A stretch of 52,360 nt of DNA from Spirogloea muscicola. Its lineage: Eukaryota. Under the pieces are notes generated by a model, which was not told where the DNA came from, searched no databases, and saw nothing but the letters and a program-made list of their open reading frames with translations. Made by a program: the position numbers and the translations under genes. The stretch spans positions 655,780 through 708,139 of the forward strand of contig WELB01000014.1 of NCBI GenBank assembly GCA_009602725.1, read 5' to 3'. Of this stretch, positions 45,163-52,360 are shown piece after piece (position 1 is the first letter of the stretch; every line of letters begins with the position of its first letter).

Positions 45163-45875
45163 GCACGCTGCCGAGACCCTGAGGCAGCAGGGGGCATCCA
45201 CAACCTCCTCCGCGATGCCCTGGCGGGCTTGATGCGCGACGCCAGCTATCGTGCGGTTGTGGAAGTCAACGACATCATGCCTATCACCACAGACGCCCAG
45301 GGACGTCATCGTCGCCGCACACTTGACGTTGTGGGCGTGCAACCTGGTGGAGGACCACGGGCCTTGGTCGTTGTCGTTGTTACGGAGGCGTATAAAGATC
45401 CAGCTTCGACACACATCGCTGGCCTCGCAGTGGGTGGTGCAGAACAAAGAAAGTTGCGGCACTCTGATTACCCCCAATGCGACCAGCTCCTGCCAGCGGC
45501 AGTCGACATCTTTGGCTGTCTGGGTCCTCGCTTCCACGCACTTCTCCAGAATATTACCAATTTAGGCTACACACGTTGTGCAGATGTGTGCTTGCCAGCT
45601 GGTGGGCTTGCCAGCTGCATATCAGTCATTCTTGCGACGACGAGTATCGGCCTGTTTGCAGCATGCCCAGGCTAATGCTTTGCACCAGAGAGCTGGGCGA
45701 GCTCTAGTTGGTGGCAGAAGGGCTTTATATCTGACATCTAGTATTCAGGCATCGATTAGTGACCTTCATGTTTTGACCCGTGGTTACTGAGCGGGTCAAT
45801 TTGCTGAAGGTTATGTAGGTCTTCAGATGTGCTTGCCTTTGTACTTGGCCATTTGGCCCTCGTTTGTTTCAAATA
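45163..45875 (+). mobile_element. 5'-truncated, frameshifted CRE-like retrotransposon, subfamily B
   Basis: HNLLRDAL, RTLDVV, RKLRH, LLPAAVDIFGCLG, then in another frame QANALHQRAGRAL...SISDLHVLTRGY*. Confidence 0.88.
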
Positions 45876-46099
45876 CACAGAAGTGTTCCTCCAAGAGAGC
45901 CGCTTCTCCATCGCCTGAGCCTCAATTGAGTGACGGTAATAATACGGGACCCGGGCTTTCGTCTAGCTCTAAAAGGGCACTAAGGAATAGCCCATCTCAA
46001 CAGGTTATAACCCCACCGGCCACTACAGTGCTTCACTCCGCTCGGTTCCATCCAAGCCGTCGGCATCAACTTTGGTTGAGAGAACTTCCCCTCGTGGAG

Positions 46100-47595
46100 T
46101 CTTGAAGTCACAATTGTGCTGCAAGCCATTGGTCTTTGGGAACTGATTAATATTTGTCCTGACAGCCTGTGAATACATCGCCAATATGGCGGAGCATGAT
46201 TTATCAGGCTAGAGCAATTACTTTGTCTCAACATAGTACATAATCAATTGCCACAACATTTAGCTCTTAGACACTTCAAAGGCCTGTTGGGACAGGCTTG
46301 TAGAGCTCTACCAACCTAATTCTCTCGCTAACGAGATGTTTAACTTCAGAGGACTACTTGGCTTTAGGATGACAAAGCCTCCTTACTGACGACACATGTA
46401 GATGCTATGAAAAGTCTAGGAAACAACTTGCTGTCATAGGCAGTCCGATCTCGGATAAGCACATGGCCTCATATTTGCTGTATAGCTTGCCTTCCTCTAT
46501 GAACTGGTACTGACCTCCCTGAGAACCAGCTCCTTCTCTCTCACAAGTCATATCCAGACTAGTACTGGAAGAGACTAAGAGAAAGGACACGGTTCAAGGT
46601 TCTTAGCAATTTCAAAAGGGCCTCCCATCTGTTCCTCTTGTAAAAGCCTAGACACACTGAGAAAACTTGCCAGAAGATATACTTACAATTGGAAAACCCC
46701 CTCACCCGAGAACCAAGTCGGTGTCGTCAGAGGAAGCTTTTATGGCTGCCTCCAGTATTAACACTACTGATTCTGCAAACAGTGATGAGTGGTGGATAAT
46801 CTCTGGAGCCACTCAGCATATCTGCTGTCACCAGTCATGTTTCAGCAGTTACTAACGTACTTCACCCCTGACCATCACCTATGCAGATGGTAACATCGCC
46901 TATGCTGTAGGTATAGGTGCATTAAAATCCCTGTCAAGTAAAGAGTAAAAATGTACCATGTATTTTGAAGGATGTGCTCCATGTTCCGATTATGAAGAAC
47001 AATCTCTCTTCTCTCGTCATCTAAGCTACTAAATGGCAAGGAAGTGAGATTATGGGCAGATACATAAGAATTTACAAACTCTTCCACGGGATTGGTAGTA
47101 GCTGCTGGCGTCAGCAAGGAAGGATGTATCGCTTGCAATGCACTATACTTACATAGCAGCTACAGATTGTGCTTTTGTCACCAGCTCCATGCCAAGGCCA
47201 GGTCAAGTCAACTTGGACATCTTGGACATCATAATCTCCAAGAGCTCTCTCACAGGATAAGGTGAGTGGGATGAACTAAGCATCAGCCTGATGCCTTCTA
47301 TGAAGGTTGTGCTTTAGGCAAGCAGCATAGGTTACCCTTCTCAGGGGAGAATGCAACCAGAGCTGAAGAGTCGTTAGAGTTGGTCCACAGTAATGTGTGC
47401 GTAGCAATTGACGATGCTTCTCTTAAAGGTAGCAAGTAATAATTACCTTAGTAATCGATAAGTCAAGGATGACATTGATTTGTTTTCTGAAGCTTAAGAA
47501 TGAGGTGCTGACTAGGTGTTAGGATTTCCATCTCATGGCAGAGAGGCAGATAGGCCGTAAGCTAAAGATGCTGCGAAGTGATGGTGGAGGTGCAC
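46100..47595 (+). mobile_element. Degenerate Ty1/copia LTR retrotransposon (gag-protease-integrase remnant)
   Basis: WWIISGATQHIC (protease DSGA motif decayed), DVLHVP, EGCALGKQHRLPF, LELVHSNVC, AERQIGRKLKMLRSDGGG; many stops and frameshifts. Confidence 0.88.
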
Positions 47596-47905
47596 TGAGC
47601 CAGCAACTCAAATTGTGGAGGATCGCCTCCAAGATCGGCAGCCATAACCGTCATCAGCCAGCATTCCCTTCCCTTGACTTCCTATTCAAAGCTAAACACA
47701 GCCATCTGAATCTCCCTGCTGCAAGACGAAAGCTGACAACTCACAGTCAGATCATTTACGAGTAGCCACCTTTGCACAAGCAGATGTCGACATCTATTAA
47801 ATCCTATTGCCTGGTTTTCTCCCTCAACAACGGCTTCCTGGAACTGAGACCTTGACCGTATATGCTTCTTCCATGGACGAATTTTCTGATGTCGTCACCA
47901 ATTCT

Positions 47906-50900
47906 TCACTGTTCGTAAGGGACTGCTTCTGACCCTGAAGTGTGTGGCAACCTGTGGGGTGTGGGCCTAAGGCCGGGCTGCGGGGGTGACCGATACCTAT
48001 GCTCTTCTAGCCCTACTAAGCCTAGATTTTTAGTACCTGCGGACCAGTCACTACTGGTAATCCACTCGTCTATGGCAGCTTGCGATGAAGCCCCCTTCAA
48101 CCTGATCTCTATCTGATCGTCCAGGCCCACAAGCCGGACGAAGCGTCTCAGTGCGCTGGCCACCTGTGCAGCGTCAGACAGAAGGACGCCCGAAGCGGGC
48201 GACCGCTGGAGCTCAGCACTGGCATCACGGCCATGAGATTCCAGCAGTGCAGGGGGCGACGTCGACAAAAGGGCTGCCTCTGTCGGCTCTGCTGCCTGCA
48301 AATGGCCACCGGTGCTGGAAGTGGCTGCCTCAGGTGCAGCTGTTTCGTTAAGCACTCCATCCCCTGGAGCCAGTAGAGCAGCATCGCCGAGCTTCCACTC
48401 CAGCTCGGCAACGCCTGGCTTGCTCGCAACAGCCTCGCCCTGTGCCTCTCTGGCTTTCTCCTCTGCTGGGACTGTGTATAAGGCTCTCACAGGAGTCATT
48501 GCGGCCTCCTCCATGAGCTCCTGGAACTTGCCCAAGGGCAGCGACTGATTCATTGCAGCCTGGGCTGCTCGGCCCTGGAAGCGCAAGGGCTCACCTTCCT
48601 GGCTCCAAGTGCTGCCAGTGCTGGTCAACTGCAGAGCAAGGTCAACATCGCTGCTGTTGCCGAGCTCCTTCAGCCTCTCTGCGGCCATGCCCAGTTGCTC
48701 GTGTGGGCCTGCCTGGTCCACCACCTGCAGCTCAGGCTGTTCTGATGGCGAGTTGGCAAGCGACTCGTCATCAGAGACCATGCTTGAGGACGCAAGAGCC
48801 AGTATCTCTTGCATCCGGTCTGGCCAGTCCGAATTCAGCCTCCTTGCAAAGTCCTCTATCTCTCTGCAGCATACAAGTGAGGCAAATTTTACTTAGCACG
48901 GCTAGTTGAGTACAAAAAGAGCATGGTTGTGTGAACTAGCCCAAATAGCTGAGAGCAAAAGAGCCATCAATTTGCAGATGCAAAGCTTGCAGCAATACTT
49001 CTTAGCCCCTCCTGCAGTAGCATAGCTCCTGAAGCATGCTACTACGCTACACCTCGAAACAATGCATGGTGGCCTAGTACTGACAGGCGCCTGGAGAAGC
49101 ACAGAAGCACAGAAGCAGCACACCTGTCCAGTCGCTCCTTCTCCAAAGGATCAAGGCCATCATCGTCATCAAAATCCTCTTCATCAAATATGAGATCGCC
49201 TCTTGAAGACGCTGCCTCCTTGAACGACTTGCCTTTGCTAACCCTGGTGACACCCTTGCTCTTCAAGGCCTGCAAGCAAGACCCGAAGAAGTTGGGTAAA
49301 TGTCAAAAGTACTCCAATTTGCCTAAGCAGCAGGTCAAAGCTATACGCAGAAAGCATGCACCTTCTCAGGCATTCTCATGTCTAGATTGATGCAGAACTT
49401 GACATGCACACCTTTGCAGCCTTTGTCCGCTGTGGCTTCTGGCCATCCTCCCCCTGAACATGTGCCTCGGTCTCTTGCATTATGGACTCTTCAAGTGCCC
49501 CACCCTGAGACAGAGCAGCCTGATACACTCACAAACGACAATGACGGGGTGTTCTTCTGGTCAGACATGCACCAATGACAATTACTGAAGAATGCAAATG
49601 ACGCGTCCTTCAGGAATGGCTTATCTGACAGCATGCATGCTCTCTGCTTAGGCCCTGATCTTCCCACCATTCCTCCAGCTGAGGCTTGCAAGGGAATGTC
49701 GCCACGCAAGTCCTTCCTCCTCCTGTTCTTCTTCTTCTTTGCTCTGCTGCCTGTTGTCTTCTCATCTGCAACACCAAGTGCATCAATGACACAAAATGGT
49801 TAAAGTCAAGGAGATGCTGAAGTTATTTCAAATGACGTGCTCAGAATATGCTGAAAGTGAAGATTCTCTGAGATGGTAGAGAGCCTTTGCGCAGTCACTT
49901 CAAGGGGGGAGTGGACATTGGTGGACAACAACCCATTGTACCTGCTCTATTTCCGTCAATGAAGGAAAGAAGGTCATCTACCGAGCGCTCATCACAAGGT
50001 TTGTCCTCCAACTCCATCAACGAAGTCTGTGAAGCCAAAGATGTCCCACTGTAAGTGTCTGCATGACTTCGCAGGCCCACGTGGTCATCAACGCCATCAA
50101 TTCCCAATTCATCTCAACAGCAGCACGGTATCTGCCTGGGAGCAGTTAAACACCTCTTCCGCGTTACTAATAGCAGACAATGAGCTATTGCTGAGGAAGT
50201 ATGAGATTCAGGAAACCTTCAAAAGCTTCTTCTGCTGAAGCTCTTTGCGTTTTCTTGCGTACAATCGATTGAGAAGCCTGATCCGAGGGTCATCCGTAGC
50301 GTTCTTGACAGGCTCCAGCTTCTCCTCCTGGCAATGTCTTCAATCCGATTGCAATCAGGATCGTTTTGCACAACTGGAGCGCAAGTCGATGAATACTTGT
50401 CTTAGACTTGTCAGTGTGGAGCTAGGAGCTCAGACACTCTTTATTGTTGTCTGAATGACAACGTTGCTTTCACAGCAGCTACTACCACTGCACTGCGCCT
50501 ACCTCTCCTCCTTCCTACTGCTGCTATCAGTTTCCAGCTGCAATGAGAATGCCAATGGTTAGGTGCTGAGTTGCACTCAAGCACCTTGCTCTCCCGTGAC
50601 ACTCTTGTGAGAGGCTATCATACAAGGTAGCCTCACCTCAGTCAGGTCATCTGGCAAATGGAAGGTCTCTCTGATCTCCTCCGGCGTTTTGCCCTCAATC
50701 ATGCGAGCAAGAGCCCGGCTGGTGAGATCTACAAGAGGCTTCATGTCCAAGCTGTCGGCAGCAGACGTGAGCTCGCAGAGCTTCCTCGTATCCAGCCTGA
50801 TAAACTTCTCATCGAAAATCTTCCGCTCCTGTTAACATCCAAGCAAAACCATACCAATTAGTGCTTTGCTACTTCTTGTATTATGTTCTTTATGCTGCTA

Positions 50901-52059
50901 TGAAGGCCACTCCACAGATTAATCCCACCAAGTAACAACAGTGCTGCCAGATACGTGCCATCTAAGCAGTTAGGTAGTTCCAAGAGTTGAAAAACCTTCA
51001 GCTACGTATGGATCCAGAGTTGAACTGTGATGAGGTACTTGCAGACAGACAATGAACTAGGATAACATACCTTGTCGGATCTGCCAGGCACCTTATGGAA
51101 GCGGCAGAAATCTAGAATAAGTCTCAGCACCCCAGAGGTCACTTGCTTTGGAAGGACAATTGCAGCATCTTCGGAGGCGCCATGGCCTGAGTGAGTGACC
51201 TCCCTCTGTACCAGCGGCAACAAGAGGGCAACATCCCGCTCTACCTCGTGCACATCTCCGCCCACTGTCTCCAGCCACACCAAAGAGCTCCTCACCACCT
51301 GCAGCTTCAGCCACAGAAGATGGTGAGGCTCATACACGGGTGTGCAAAAGAAACCTGCACTTGAACAATGCATACAGATGCTCTCCCTGATCCCATCAGC
51401 AATGAGCCTGCTCTTGTTTGCAGGACTTGCCAGTCTTCTGAACCCTAATCTTGCCAGTACTTTGCAGCTACAATTGTAATAGCCTGTAGACCTAATCCTC
51501 AAGAGCATAGACGTAGGAACAATGTACTGCGCCCTGCAGCTGCCTGAGCTCACTCTCGGTTTCCAGGTTTCTGTAACATGACACAAGAACAAGCTGTGCA
51601 CCTTCTTCGGCAGGTGCCACGCTGAAAGTACGCCTTCTGTTAGACCCTGATGACTGCTGCAACACCAAAATAAGCGACCGAGTGACCGAGTGACCGAATG
51701 AACGAGTGACCGAGTGACTGAGTGACCAAGTGACCGAGTACCCGAGCGACCGACCTCCACAGCAGGCTTGCTGGATGAACTTAGTATCTCAAAGTAGGAG
51801 ATGGCATCGTAAGAGTTCACTAAGTGACGGTGCCAGCAGAATGTCAAAGTACAGGTTCTACGCTCCAAGCCGTGTGATGGCAGCAGCCAGTCGGCGCTCA
51901 GAGGAAACCAGATGGACTAAGCAACCCTAGCTCTGTCCGCAGCCTTCCGCCACCAAGACACAAGAGAGTGCAAGATTTGTCTTGACGCTTGACCCGATGA
52001 AGCAGCAGCTCAGGCGGATGTAGCTCAGGCGGCTGTCGATCGACGGGGTTCACCTCCAT
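47906..52059 (-). CDS. ASK21: SKP1-like protein of the ASK20/ASK21 (type II) class with a long C-terminal extension
   Basis: VWLETVGGDVHEVE...LILDFCRFHKVPGRSDK | ERKIFDEKFIRLDTRKLCELTSAADSLDMKPLVDLTSRALARMIEGKTPEEIRETFHLPDDLTE | EEKLEP...DPRIRLLNRLYARKRKEL | ERSVDDLLSFI | DPLEKERLDR | EIEDFARRLNSDWPDRMQEIL. The first exon and start are tentative. Confidence 0.93.
51676..51755. repeat. 8-bp minisatellite (GAGTGACC)n in ASK21 intron 1
   Basis: Directly visible, about 9 imperfect units. Confidence 0.9.
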
Positions 52060-52360
52060 GCCCGCAGCAGCGCTCTTGGTCCCGGTCGGCGAGTCCGGCC
52101 CGTCCACACGCCTGCCGCTCCCGGCTCGAGTGAGCTCATGTGAGTGTGGCCGCGGCGTGGCGTCCGGGCCTGCGAATGCGGTGGCGCTCCCGCCGCCGCC
52201 GCCGTCGTCGCCCGAGGCCCCGCCGGAAGAATAGCCACCGCGCTCGGGCTGTTGGCGGTCGGCGGAAGGTATAGCGGATGCCGCCGCCGCCGCCGCCCGC
52301 GAGCCTCGCGGCTCTCACGCAGCCGCCGCCGGGAAGTGGCCGTCGCGGCGGCGGCGCCGG

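Noticed and set aside
50503..50537. Possible 35-nt cassette exon in ASK21
   Set aside because: The flanking exons already join as PDDLTE|EEKLEP; there is no support without transcripts.
51676..51755. Regular repeat as a CRISPR-like array
   Set aside because: Spacer-less 8-bp minisatellite in a eukaryotic intron.

Overview
Eukaryotic, GC-rich, intron-containing DNA. The gene content (DME/ROS1, ASK21-type SKP1, plant-type PAP and LCD) suggests a streptophyte, probably an alga; this is an inference. The window appears to be several contigs stitched together: single Ns at 18647, 21716 and 41588, three N-gaps, and an artefactual 12-kb poly-A. Spliced genes: an L-cysteine desulfhydrase-like gene with an in-frame TAG, a DEMETER/ROS1-like 5mC glycosylase, a 5'-truncated TRAP-beta, an IRE1 luminal-domain fragment, a purple acid phosphatase, an Ole e 1/SdrD-B-like Pro-rich gene and an ASK21-like SKP1. 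There is also an intronless AT-hook ORF and a decayed Ty1/copia element. The most striking feature is a family of RLE-type (CRE-like) non-LTR retrotransposons with a C-terminus of 'SISDLxxLxRGY*'. One copy has inserted antisense into the 3'-UTR hairpin of another copy of its own family, and further nested tails occur elsewhere, which suggests self-targeting. Another copy sits directly upstream of the DME/ROS1 gene and carries an in-frame mitochondrial nad5 fragment.
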